The position numbers and the translations under genes were made by a program. DNA of 64,000 nt, taken from the NCBI GenBank assembly GCA_000999025.1, contig LCFM01000004.1, positions 1,925 to 65,924 on the forward strand. Reading direction: 5' to 3'. The notes beneath the pieces are model-generated. The model did not search any database, was not told the DNA's origin, and was given only the letters and a program-made list of their open reading frames with translations. The DNA comes from Parcubacteria group bacterium GW2011_GWA2_43_13 (GTDB lineage Bacteria > Patescibacteriota > Patescibacteriia > UBA9629 > GWA2-43-13). Shown in pieces: positions 28,780-37,481 of the stretch. Within the stretch, counting starts at the first letter, position 1, and every line of letters starts with the position of its first letter.

Positions 28780-30387
28780 CTATTTTTGCTCTATTTGTAA
28801 ACAACAAATATCAGGACTTTCACAGCGTTCTTTGGGTTTTCCTGACTTCCATATACTCTCATATCCACCTGCAACATCATTCCAAACAGAACAGTCGACT
28901 TTAACTTCGTTGGAATGACACTGCGGCGTCCCACCACCTCGACAATCAATCCCATTCTTAATCAATCTTGCTGATACATCAGTTTGTTCCCTTCTCTTAT
29001 CTAAAACAGCGCAACAAATTCCTACCCCATAATCTCCGCCAGCGATTTGTTCCTCCGAGCATCTCGCAATAGGGGTTTGGTTTTCAATCATACACTCATA
29101 CCCAACAGGACGTTTTGTATCAGTACTCTCGAACCCCTCTAATCCCAAAGAAATAGTATAAGGAGCAGGAATTGTATCCTTACCCGCACAATCTAATCTT
29201 ACCTCACCAACCCCACAATTTCTCACTTCTGCTATATCGCATGTATACTGGCCAGTCCCTTGTAATACCTTTCCTCCCGGAGAAAGCTCCATAACCTCTG
29301 CCGCTGTACAAATAAGAGAACCACCACTCGCACGAAACGTTAAATCATTCTTTGTAGCACATTTTTGTTCACACGTTTTTTGACTATCCGTGGTAGTACA
29401 CTTAACCTCTTTACATATATCTTTCGCCATTATATTCTGCCCTACATTTTGTCCAAACCCTAATGCTTTTCCACTACACTCAAATCCTATAGTATCTGTC
29501 TTAGGATTACAGGTATCTTTTGTAGCTTCTGATGTAACCCCCGCTTGTATGTACTGCCCCTCTTGCAATCCCTTATAACATACTCGACCATAACATTGTT
29601 TACTAGGAAACCGCTGTTGTAAATCTTGAGATAATAAATCAAACCCTACTATTGTATACATTGAACCACAAACCGTAGCATCACCAGTGGCGGCCCTATT
29701 ACTCGGGCTTAATACTTTTATATCAGGCGGGCACTGGAGATCTAAATTTCTCTCTACTTGATTTGCAGTAGCCCAATCCTGTTCTATACATTCAATCGGT
29801 GTTAAATTTTTCGCGACATTGGGAAGGGAAAGGTCTACAAGCTCGGGGTTGATGATTTTTAAAATCGTAAAAGAAAATAACGCAATCAACAGTCCTGCGA
29901 GAGCGGAGCGCATGGTCTCTTTTGCTTTATCAACTGCGCCGGAATTTCCACCTGCAAACATCCATCTGTAACCCGCTACTGCCAGCATCAATACTGACGC
30001 CATTGCCGCAAGAATAACAAAAAATTTATATAATTTACTAATATAATCAACCGCTCCACCAGCGGGGTTGTCCGCGTCAATGTTAATCTGCGCCTGTTGA
30101 ACGCATATCCCTTTAATTTTTACCCCGTTAACCTCTTTTTCACATGCAGTATCATTCTCTGTGCCTGCGTTTGCTTTATGACATTCCGCTCCCACTTTGC
30201 CAGTCGCGCACACATACGCCTCGTCAGTCACTCCAGGAATATAAATCTGCAATTTTGCCGGATCCGGACCATCTTTCTCTTTTTTACACTTTCCCCCTTG
30301 CGCTAAAACAGGAGCAACACTGTATAACAAAATAAAAAAAAGCAATAGTATAAAAGACAATCGCGTGTATTTTAAAACACTATTCAT
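28780..30387 (-). CDS. Cys-rich surface protein with VirB2/TrbC-like two-TM hairpin (paralog 2)
   Basis: 535 aa; same architecture and conserved hairpin FFVILAAMASVLMLAVAGYRWMFAGGNSGAVDKAK..LIALFSFTILKIINPELV and CYGRVCY. Confidence 0.5.
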   Translation of the reverse strand: MNSVLKYTRLSFILLLFFILLYSVAPVLAQGGKCKKEKDGPDPAKLQIYIPGVTDEAYVCATGKVGAECHKANAGTENDTACEKEVNGVKIKGICVQQAQINIDADNPAGGAVDYISKLYKFFVILAAMASVLMLAVAGYRWMFAGGNSGAVDKAKETMRSALAGLLIALFSFTILKIINPELVDLSLPNVAKNLTPIECIEQDWATANQVERNLDLQCPPDIKVLSPSNRAATGDATVCGSMYTIVGFDLLSQDLQQRFPSKQCYGRVCYKGLQEGQYIQAGVTSEATKDTCNPKTDTIGFECSGKALGFGQNVGQNIMAKDICKEVKCTTTDSQKTCEQKCATKNDLTFRASGGSLICTAAEVMELSPGGKVLQGTGQYTCDIAEVRNCGVGEVRLDCAGKDTIPAPYTISLGLEGFESTDTKRPVGYECMIENQTPIARCSEEQIAGGDYGVGICCAVLDKRREQTDVSARLIKNGIDCRGGGTPQCHSNEVKVDCSVWNDVAGGYESIWKSGKPKERCESPDICCLQIEQK

Positions 30388-30408
30388 ACGTTTATATGGT
30401 ATCCACTA

Positions 30409-31119
30409 TCATTCTCCCGTAGCGCCAGCGCCTCCTCCCCGCACCTCCTCAATTTGTTGTGGCTCCTCTGTAGGTTCTTCTGTTGGTTCTGTGTCTTTGC
30501 CGCCAAAAATCGCCGATACCACTCCAATAATCACAAACAAAATTAACAACCCCAATAAAATCCACGGCAAAACAGAGGCAATAGCAGACAGCACAGAGAT
30601 GATCACCTTTTTTTTTATCTGCTGTTTTATCATGTCCTTCCCTGCCTGTTGAGCCACACTCTTCACTTGTTGTTGCGCCACATCAGCCGCGCGCGAGCGC
30701 GCGCTTTCTCTCATATCCTCTAATTGATCTTTCATCGTTTCTGTTTCTACCTCCTGCGCTTGTTCTTGCGCCTGCTGTTCATCAGCTTGCTTTGATTCCT
30801 GCTCTTGCGCGCTCAACTCTTGTTGTTGTTGTAAATTTTGCTGTTGCGCTTTATCTTGCTCTTCTTGAAACCCTCTATCTTGTTCTTCGCGCACGTCTTG
30901 TGAAGATTCTTGATCTTCGTCATCATCATCATCTTCTTCTCTATACCCATACTCCTCCTCATCATCATCGTCCTCATCTTGCTCTGATTGTAAAATCCGA
31001 CTCTCATCTTGAGAGTCCTTTAATGTTTCAGATGCAATATTCTGCTCATGCTCGCCAAGCTCTAAATCAAGTTCAAGATCGCTTGGATCATCTTTTTGCA
31101 ATGCTTTTTCTTCTGCCAT
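30409..31119 (-). CDS. acidic low-complexity protein with C-terminal TM anchor
   Basis: D/E/Q-rich (EDDDDEEEYGYREEDDDDDEDQ) with C-terminal TM VISVLSAIASVLPWILLGLLILFVIIGVV; start taken at MAEEK. Confidence 0.45.
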   Translation of the reverse strand: MAEEKALQKDDPSDLELDLELGEHEQNIASETLKDSQDESRILQSEQDEDDDDEEEYGYREEDDDDDEDQESSQDVREEQDRGFQEEQDKAQQQNLQQQQELSAQEQESKQADEQQAQEQAQEVETETMKDQLEDMRESARSRAADVAQQQVKSVAQQAGKDMIKQQIKKKVIISVLSAIASVLPWILLGLLILFVIIGVVSAIFGGKDTEPTEEPTEEPQQIEEVRGGGAGATGE

Positions 31120-31134
31120 AGTTATATCCCAAAG

Positions 31135-31190
31135 GAATACCTCCCCCTTCCCCCTCCTTATAAAGGAGGGGGAACGCATACTATCCCTCC
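31135..31190. repeat. palindromic element family B
   Basis: cctcccccttccccctccttataaaggagggggaacg, intergenic. Confidence 0.6.
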
Positions 31191-31804
31191 ACGCCCTTTT
31201 TCCAAAATACGCTATTCACAAGCCATTGATCCCCCTCTTTTATCAACTCAACATCCGCATTTTGAGGAAACAACATTGTATTGCCTTCAAATCCTCGCGC
31301 CTCGGCTCGTTGAGTAACAACCGTGTATACACGCTTTGCATCAGGATTTTCCTGTTGCGAAAAATCAATAGAAACATTCAACGCCTGGGTTGTTATTCCA
31401 TAATACACAGAAGAATCGTTGTCTGCCATCATTCCCAATCCATACCGTCTCGCCCACTGATAAAACTGCTCTGTTGTAACCATTTTTAATGCTTCAAGAT
31501 TGCTAAACTCATTTTGATTTGAAAACGTGCCAAATCGTTCAATAAAAGTAGATACAAAACGCTCCATTTGTCGCTCTTTTCTTTCTTGTTCAGAGATTGG
31601 GGTCGGCTCATATTCAACCGCCTTTGAGATTGATATCGGGTCATCAAAATTTTCTTGAATATCCTGCGCATCAGCATCTGTTGTTAGTGATGAGGGCTGT
31701 GTTTTTGCTGTACGAATCGTAATCACAAAAATCACAACAATGCTTATGAGAATAAGCCCGGTAATAATAATGATGATTTTTTTCAACGCACTCATGTCGA
31801 GCAT
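31181..31804 (-). CDS. membrane-anchored protein, possible VirB8-like (NTF2-like) T4SS component
   Basis: 207 aa; N-terminal TM plus ~170-aa extracytoplasmic domain; size, topology and position next to virB4 only. Confidence 0.25.
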   Translation of the reverse strand: MLDMSALKKIIIIITGLILISIVVIFVITIRTAKTQPSSLTTDADAQDIQENFDDPISISKAVEYEPTPISEQERKERQMERFVSTFIERFGTFSNQNEFSNLEALKMVTTEQFYQWARRYGLGMMADNDSSVYYGITTQALNVSIDFSQQENPDAKRVYTVVTQRAEARGFEGNTMLFPQNADVELIKEGDQWLVNSVFWKKGVEG

Positions 31805-31815
31805 AGGAGTTTATA

Positions 31816-31875
31816 TCTCACCCCTCCGCCAGCTGGCGGACTCTCCTTATAAAGGAGAGGGAGACGACGCGCCTC
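31816..31875. repeat. palindromic element family B
   Basis: tctcacccctccgccagctggcggactctccttataaaggagagggagacgacgcgcc. Confidence 0.6.
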
Positions 31876-31898
31876 TTTTTTTATCTATAAGAAAGAAG

Positions 31899-33848
31899 CT
31901 ACGCCGCCGGAGCTGATTGAGGGGTTACTGGCGCCGTAACTTGTTCTTCTTCTTTTTTCTGAGTCGAACCAAACCCTTCGAGCTGGGCATTTTCAAACTC
32001 TTTCTTTGATTCTTCAATCTCAAGCAACTGCCGCGGGTCAGAGGTGATAATTTGATCTTCAGTATATGACGCAATAATTTTGATAGCCGCGTGCTTGTTG
32101 CCTGCGAAAAAGATACCCTCACCAACTCCGCTTTCAAGTAATAAATACCGCTCACCTTGGGTTAACATAAATGTTTTACTTACAACATCAATAGATGCTG
32201 TTGATTGCCTCAAAAGAATCTGCATCGGCGAATTCGTTACAATCGCTTGTCCGTATGGCGAAAGCAAAAAATCATTCACATCTTGCGTAATAGTAGTAAC
32301 ACCTAAATAATATTTACGGCACCGTTTGACGAGAGCAAAAATAAACCGCGCAGAGTCCTCATGTTGCATCAACCACCATGCCTCATCAACCACAAGAATG
32401 CGTTTTTTGAGTTTTGACCGCACAATATTCCAAATGTAATTCACAATCATGTACACTGCCATGGGACGCAACTCATCTTCCAAATCCCGCACGCTGAAAA
32501 TCACAAGCTGATTATCCATGTCAATATTCGTACGGTTGTTAAATAAACCGGAAAATGTGCCTTCTGTGTATTTTTTCAATCGCTCAGCAAGATTATCTCC
32601 TCCCTCCATGCCGTTTAACACATCCAATAAATCCTGCATAACCGGCATTTCCACTTTGGCAAGATCAGCATCAGGAGTAATATCGCGTTTCGCATACACT
32701 TCAAGTAACGCGCGATCAAGTAAAGAATCCTCTGTCTGATTCATTTTCCCAAGCATAATTCTCAATAACCCCTTAACCGTAATAACTGCGGAACGAATGA
32801 CATCGGCAACGCTTGTGTCTTCCCCCACTGCGCGCGGAAGATCGAATGGATTGATTTTACTATCAGAACTCAATGAAATATTGATATACGTTCCTCCAAC
32901 AGCATCTGACAGATGCTTATACTCGCGTTCAGGATCAATAATAATCACATCAGTGCCTACCATTAAACTTCTCAATACTTCAAGCTTTACCGCGTAACTT
33001 TTTCCTGCGCCAGATGTTGCAAACACGACTGAATTTGCATTTTGCAATGAAAACCTGTCAAAAATGATCAAACCGTTATTATGCCGATTGATACCGTACA
33101 AAATTCCATGATCGCTGGTTAAATCAGATGAAATAAACGGGAACGACGACGCAATCGGAGAAGAGTTCATATTAAAACTCACACTTAATTCATCATTACC
33201 AAGTGGCAGTGTTGAATTAAACCCTTGCTCGTTTTGCCAGAGTGAACGTTTTGTTACGACTAACTTTGAGCCGAAAATACTTTCAATTTTAACGGTCTGC
33301 TGATCAAGTTCTTCTTTGGTTTTTGCATAAATAGTTACGTATAACGCGAACTGAAAAAACTTTTCAATGCCCTGCGTAATATCATCGCGCAATTTTTCCA
33401 AATCCTGCAGAGCTGATTCCCTCAATGGATCGCGGGGAGCTCCTTTTTCAGCGTCAGCAACCAACTGCGCTTCAATATTTCCGACCTTATTCCTCATTTG
33501 TTTCAGCACCACTTCGGTTGGTATTGGATAAAAAAACATTGAAATATCAATCGGCCCGTTAAAATTAATAATCGGAGCAAACCATCCAACACTGATATAG
33601 CGTGGATACCCGATCACAAAAAGAGTTCGGGTCCAGTTGCTTCCAAGCCGAAGAGTATCGGGAGCAACTTCCATGCCTGACGGAGCAATGATATCCCGAA
33701 TCGCGACAGTCCCTTCTTGATAAAACTTTTCCGCTTCCAGTAGTTCTTTCACTTGCTTTTGATCACCCTTTTCTTGAAGTTGCGAAGAGTGAGCAAGGTC
33801 ATCGCTCTCTTGTTGTTTTTGTTGTAATTGATTTGGTGTAAAAGCCAC
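31899..33848 (-). CDS. virB4: VirB4/TrsE/PrgJ-family T4SS ATPase
   Basis: 649 aa; Walker A ATSGAGKSYAVK and Walker B ILVVDEAWWLM; N-terminal domain IRDIIAPSGMEV..RTLFVIGYPRY typical of Gram-positive VirB4 homologues. Confidence 0.85.
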   Translation of the reverse strand: MAFTPNQLQQKQQESDDLAHSSQLQEKGDQKQVKELLEAEKFYQEGTVAIRDIIAPSGMEVAPDTLRLGSNWTRTLFVIGYPRYISVGWFAPIINFNGPIDISMFFYPIPTEVVLKQMRNKVGNIEAQLVADAEKGAPRDPLRESALQDLEKLRDDITQGIEKFFQFALYVTIYAKTKEELDQQTVKIESIFGSKLVVTKRSLWQNEQGFNSTLPLGNDELSVSFNMNSSPIASSFPFISSDLTSDHGILYGINRHNNGLIIFDRFSLQNANSVVFATSGAGKSYAVKLEVLRSLMVGTDVIIIDPEREYKHLSDAVGGTYINISLSSDSKINPFDLPRAVGEDTSVADVIRSAVITVKGLLRIMLGKMNQTEDSLLDRALLEVYAKRDITPDADLAKVEMPVMQDLLDVLNGMEGGDNLAERLKKYTEGTFSGLFNNRTNIDMDNQLVIFSVRDLEDELRPMAVYMIVNYIWNIVRSKLKKRILVVDEAWWLMQHEDSARFIFALVKRCRKYYLGVTTITQDVNDFLLSPYGQAIVTNSPMQILLRQSTASIDVVSKTFMLTQGERYLLLESGVGEGIFFAGNKHAAIKIIASYTEDQIITSDPRQLLEIEESKKEFENAQLEGFGSTQKKEEEQVTAPVTPQSAPAA

Positions 33849-33860
33849 AGAAAAAATAAT

Positions 33861-33905
33861 GAATACCTCCCCTTATCCCATCCTTATAAAGGAGGGAACA
33901 CGAAA
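33861..33905. repeat. palindromic element family B
   Basis: gaatacctccccttatcccatccttataaaggagggaacacg. Confidence 0.55.
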
Positions 33906-33914
33906 GATGGTCGC

Positions 33915-34610
33915 TTAAAATGATTCAACTTGCACTTTTTCTATTTCATGCATTTTTTGCGAATCAACAAGTTCAGGATTATAGGTTGAGTAAAATAATT
34001 CTATCAAACCTTGCGTATCCAGCATAATCGGCGTCAATCCCATACCCGCAAGTCCGGACATAACATAATCAACTCTTTTCATAAGAGAATCTCGGTACGA
34101 AGTAAATGTTTTTTGAGAAAGACGAATAACTTTACTGGGGGTAAAAATCTCACTCATTCGGGAAAAAAATCCTTTTTGCTTGTCAGAACCGGGTGCGTAG
34201 GAAATGACCGTAAAAAATTTTTTGCCCATAATATCGCCTAATCCAATCAGCTCTTTGATAAAATTGATATACTCAACGGTTTGCGCGCGCAATAAATCAT
34301 TTGAATGTTTGTTAATATACTCCTCAAGCTCTGCGATATACGCGTCAATATTCAACGGTCGGGATTGAATCACGATTTGGAGCGAAAAATTAATAGAATT
34401 TAAAAATCCAACATAGCCGCCAACAATCGCTTCTTGCTCCTCCTCTGATTTTAACGCAAAATTAATAGATGAAACCATTAATACAGAGCGCAATGTACCA
34501 TCTTTTAACACAACAACGTCATCACGAATCTCGGCAATATCCAAATACTGCTGTGTTGACGCTTTAGGTTTATTGCCTTGAAGTTGCTTTGATTTCATAA
34601 CGGGTAACAC
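33915..34610 (-). CDS. VirB4 N-terminal-domain-like protein
   Basis: 231 aa; YLDIAEIRDDVVVLKDGTLRSVLMVSSINFALKSEEEQEAI..FLNSINFSLQIVIQSR resembles the N-terminal region of VirB4-family proteins but has no ATPase motifs. Confidence 0.35.
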   Translation of the reverse strand: MLPVMKSKQLQGNKPKASTQQYLDIAEIRDDVVVLKDGTLRSVLMVSSINFALKSEEEQEAIVGGYVGFLNSINFSLQIVIQSRPLNIDAYIAELEEYINKHSNDLLRAQTVEYINFIKELIGLGDIMGKKFFTVISYAPGSDKQKGFFSRMSEIFTPSKVIRLSQKTFTSYRDSLMKRVDYVMSGLAGMGLTPIMLDTQGLIELFYSTYNPELVDSQKMHEIEKVQVESF

Positions 34611-34631
34611 TAAAAACTCTAAATATGGTAC

Positions 34632-35141
34632 TTATGCCTTCCGGCCCTGCGTAATTTCAGCGTGCAAATCTGTTTTATATCTTCCGCCAGTATCAGCCAT
34701 TAAAGACAATTCAGAAAGACGCGAATGCGTTACTTGCGACTTTTTCACTACCTGGGGAGCAACCATGTGCGATGTCTTTTTATCCTGATGGCTCGCGACC
34801 GCGTGAACCACTGTCATGCCTTTATTCCAAATTCGTTTAGACGGCCGTTTGAGTGTTTGCAACATTCCCACAATAAAAACATGGAATGGCCTGCCGTTTA
34901 CTTTCACGAATCCGAACAACGCGACCGTAGCTAAAATACCGATGGCAAAAGCGATAAATATCGGCAATACGAAAATTTTATAACACACAAAAAGAAACAA
35001 CCCGCCGATAATCATGATAATAAATTGACGAATCGTAATCGGTCCGATAATTTTATCTTCTACATCAATAAATTGTGGAACTACATACTGCTGTGGCATA
35101 CTGCATGAAAATAACAAAATCCAAATATCAAATGACAACAA
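34632..35141 (-). CDS. PrgI/VirB3-like small T4SS membrane protein
   Basis: VPQFIDVEDKIIGPITIRQFIIMIIGGLFLF followed by two TM helices, the PrgI/VirB3-like pattern; the start may be the internal Met ending at 35099. Confidence 0.5.
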   Translation of the reverse strand: MLSFDIWILLFSCSMPQQYVVPQFIDVEDKIIGPITIRQFIIMIIGGLFLFVCYKIFVLPIFIAFAIGILATVALFGFVKVNGRPFHVFIVGMLQTLKRPSKRIWNKGMTVVHAVASHQDKKTSHMVAPQVVKKSQVTHSRLSELSLMADTGGRYKTDLHAEITQGRKA

Positions 35142-36671
35142 TTACTCTAACTCAGTATTAAAATCAGCGATGGCGTCAAATTCTTCTTGCGTTAATCCAT
35201 TCGACCCATCTTCGGATATAATCTGCGAAACCGACTTTGCTCCCTGCATTGCGCGATTACCAATAGATACATACTGTTTATACAACGGCGATTGTCGCCA
35301 TTGTCGAACCGCCGCGAGCCGCTTGTCATACGATTGTTGCGCCATGGTCGTTATTTCATGTTGGACACGTGCAAAAATATCCCGAATACCATGCGGACTC
35401 ATGCGCACATCATCCAATGAAATCGTTCCCAACTGCTCTACTGTTCCCATAACTTGCTGTCCCATCGGCCGAACCGGCGCAATATCCTGCATGTTCGGCT
35501 TTTGCGTATCCACTATTTTTCGCACAGGAATTTTATTTCCACTATTCCCTGTTTGAACGGATACCCCTTGTTGTTGCCCGTCAATGCCTGAAACCGCAGA
35601 AGGCGTAAACGCATCAAGTGCAATGGAAACAACATCAGGCCTGTTTGTTGCGGATTGCAACGCCTGCTGTTGAGACGCGTCATGGGAGGCAGTGACAGAC
35701 GGCACAACAGAATCCCGTGCTGATTGAGATGGAGCTGTGGGCGCAGTATCTTTATGCTCGCTTGAAAGCGATTGAGCCAACACCGATGGGGTTGGAAACG
35801 GCTCTTGTGGAATACTCTGCGCGGCCGGATAATGATCTTCTATTTCTTGAACTATCTGTTGCGCTGTCTCTTCAGGTATCTCTAATCCTCCTATTTTATG
35901 TCCCCGCACAAGCAAAGCCAATGTCTGTTTTTTTGTGCGCAATCCTTTTATTTGCGCCGCAAGTACGCTTCCAAATCGTTGAATACGCAAGTCCTCTTCA
36001 AATTGAAGAGAATATTTATGCATCAGCGCCTCTGCGATTTTTCGATAATCAAGAATCACCGCGCTTTCAGGAACCATTTTCCGATGCCAATCAATCTCCT
36101 TCGCGTCTTGAGGATCAAAATGATGAGTGAATGAGTCCCCTCGCTGTTCAGATAATAATATTTTATGCAAAGCGACTGATTGCGCCTGTTCATTCACTTG
36201 GGGGTGAAATTGGACCTTTTGGATATCATCTACTAAAGACATGTCTTGTAATGCGTGTTCGTCTGTCGATTCACTTTGAACTTTTGAAAGATCATACTCA
36301 AGCGCGGCTTCAATAACAGCTTTATTATGAGGATTACCCTCGGAAAACAGGTGTTCTATAAACTCATCACTTTGCTCATCTGACACCATATTCAAGCGTC
36401 TTTTCATCCGTTCGGCAACAGGAATATGGTATGCCTGACTGACAGCAGATATATCCTGCTTAAACAAATCGCTCACCTCTGCATCAACAAGCAATGGGAG
36501 TGCTACGATTTTAAGCGGAGCAACCCAGGTTTTTGCTGTTTCATCCGTATCCAATCGCAATTCCTGCCACAGCAGATGCGCTTTGGCAGTTTGATTCTTT
36601 TTAATCACTTCTTTTATCTCTTCAATTTTTGTTTCTGATAGCATACAGCAATCCCAATATACGAATGACAT
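35142..36671 (-). CDS. hypothetical protein (T4SS-locus associated)
   Basis: 509 aa with S/Q/A-rich central low-complexity segment; no recognisable motif. Confidence 0.4.
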   Translation of the reverse strand: MSFVYWDCCMLSETKIEEIKEVIKKNQTAKAHLLWQELRLDTDETAKTWVAPLKIVALPLLVDAEVSDLFKQDISAVSQAYHIPVAERMKRRLNMVSDEQSDEFIEHLFSEGNPHNKAVIEAALEYDLSKVQSESTDEHALQDMSLVDDIQKVQFHPQVNEQAQSVALHKILLSEQRGDSFTHHFDPQDAKEIDWHRKMVPESAVILDYRKIAEALMHKYSLQFEEDLRIQRFGSVLAAQIKGLRTKKQTLALLVRGHKIGGLEIPEETAQQIVQEIEDHYPAAQSIPQEPFPTPSVLAQSLSSEHKDTAPTAPSQSARDSVVPSVTASHDASQQQALQSATNRPDVVSIALDAFTPSAVSGIDGQQQGVSVQTGNSGNKIPVRKIVDTQKPNMQDIAPVRPMGQQVMGTVEQLGTISLDDVRMSPHGIRDIFARVQHEITTMAQQSYDKRLAAVRQWRQSPLYKQYVSIGNRAMQGAKSVSQIISEDGSNGLTQEEFDAIADFNTELE

Positions 36672-36770
36672 CCTAATCTACACATACAACGAATACGTAT
36701 GTCATTATTTACACTATTCGTATCATTCGGATGTATTCGTAGATTAAGATAACAGATCTATTATACCACA
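36650..36770. repeat. structured intergenic repeat, family C
   Basis: tacgaatgacatcctaatctac..cattcggatgtattcgtagattaagat. Confidence 0.6.
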
Positions 36771-36777
36771 CAATTCT

Positions 36778-37398
36778 TCACATCTGACTCACCACACACT
36801 CAATCATCCTACCTGCTTCATCTTCTGCAACATGGCACTGGTCAACAAGAACCTGCGCGAGCGCAAGCCGAACCTGCTCTGTTTTATTTCGTTCACCAGC
36901 AAGGAGTTCTGCAAAATCAGGCAACATAAGCCAGCGATCAATTTCGCCGGCATTCGCCAACACAAACCCAGCCGATACAACGCGAAGAGCGGCGCATTTC
37001 TGTTGAGCTAAAATCATTTCTTTCACTATCTTTGATATATCTCCGCCTGTAGCGAAAAGTATCGTTTGCGCCTCTTGCGCAATAAGGCCTTGCACCCTTG
37101 AACTCTCTATTGCTTCGCGTGATAGCCGTATCATTCTTTTGATATCTATGTCATTGAGCATCTGCTGGAACGCCACGCGATTTTCCTCACTCAATCCATA
37201 TTCCTGTTCTAAGACGCGTTCGCTATCGCTGAATTGCATGACTCCTATAATCAGCCGAGTTATGATTTCATAGACCGGCACGCCTGTTTTCCGCTTTATC
37301 GCTTCAGTACGGTTGACCACTGCCGGCTGACTCAAAAAATCATGCACTTCTTGCGGAAGCCGATCTAATGTTTTCAGTTGTTGATCATTCAGCGGCAT
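36778..37398 (-). CDS. hypothetical protein (T4SS-locus associated)
   Basis: 206 aa soluble; no recognisable motif. Confidence 0.4.
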   Translation of the reverse strand: MPLNDQQLKTLDRLPQEVHDFLSQPAVVNRTEAIKRKTGVPVYEIITRLIIGVMQFSDSERVLEQEYGLSEENRVAFQQMLNDIDIKRMIRLSREAIESSRVQGLIAQEAQTILFATGGDISKIVKEMILAQQKCAALRVVSAGFVLANAGEIDRWLMLPDFAELLAGERNKTEQVRLALAQVLVDQCHVAEDEAGRMIECVVSQM

Positions 37399-37412
37399 AA
37401 AAGCTACATTCT

Positions 37413-37481
37413 TGTAGAGACGGGGTTAACCCCGTCTCTACACATGATGAGATAGCCAATCAGCGGAAACCCCGTCTCTAC
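37413..37481. repeat. palindromic element family A (two units)
   Basis: gtagagacggggttaaccccgtctctac..aaaccccgtctctac; overlaps the stop codon of the upstream gene. Confidence 0.6.

Noticed and set aside
31096-31317. 73-aa plus-strand ORF encoding ..LPPPYKGGGTHT.. and a 74-aa ORF at 50680-50904 encoding ..SPQPSPYKGEGGVFPPLY
   Set aside because: Their only notable feature is the peptide produced by reading through a family-B palindromic element. They overlap the ends of real minus-strand genes and are better explained as repeat-derived artefacts.
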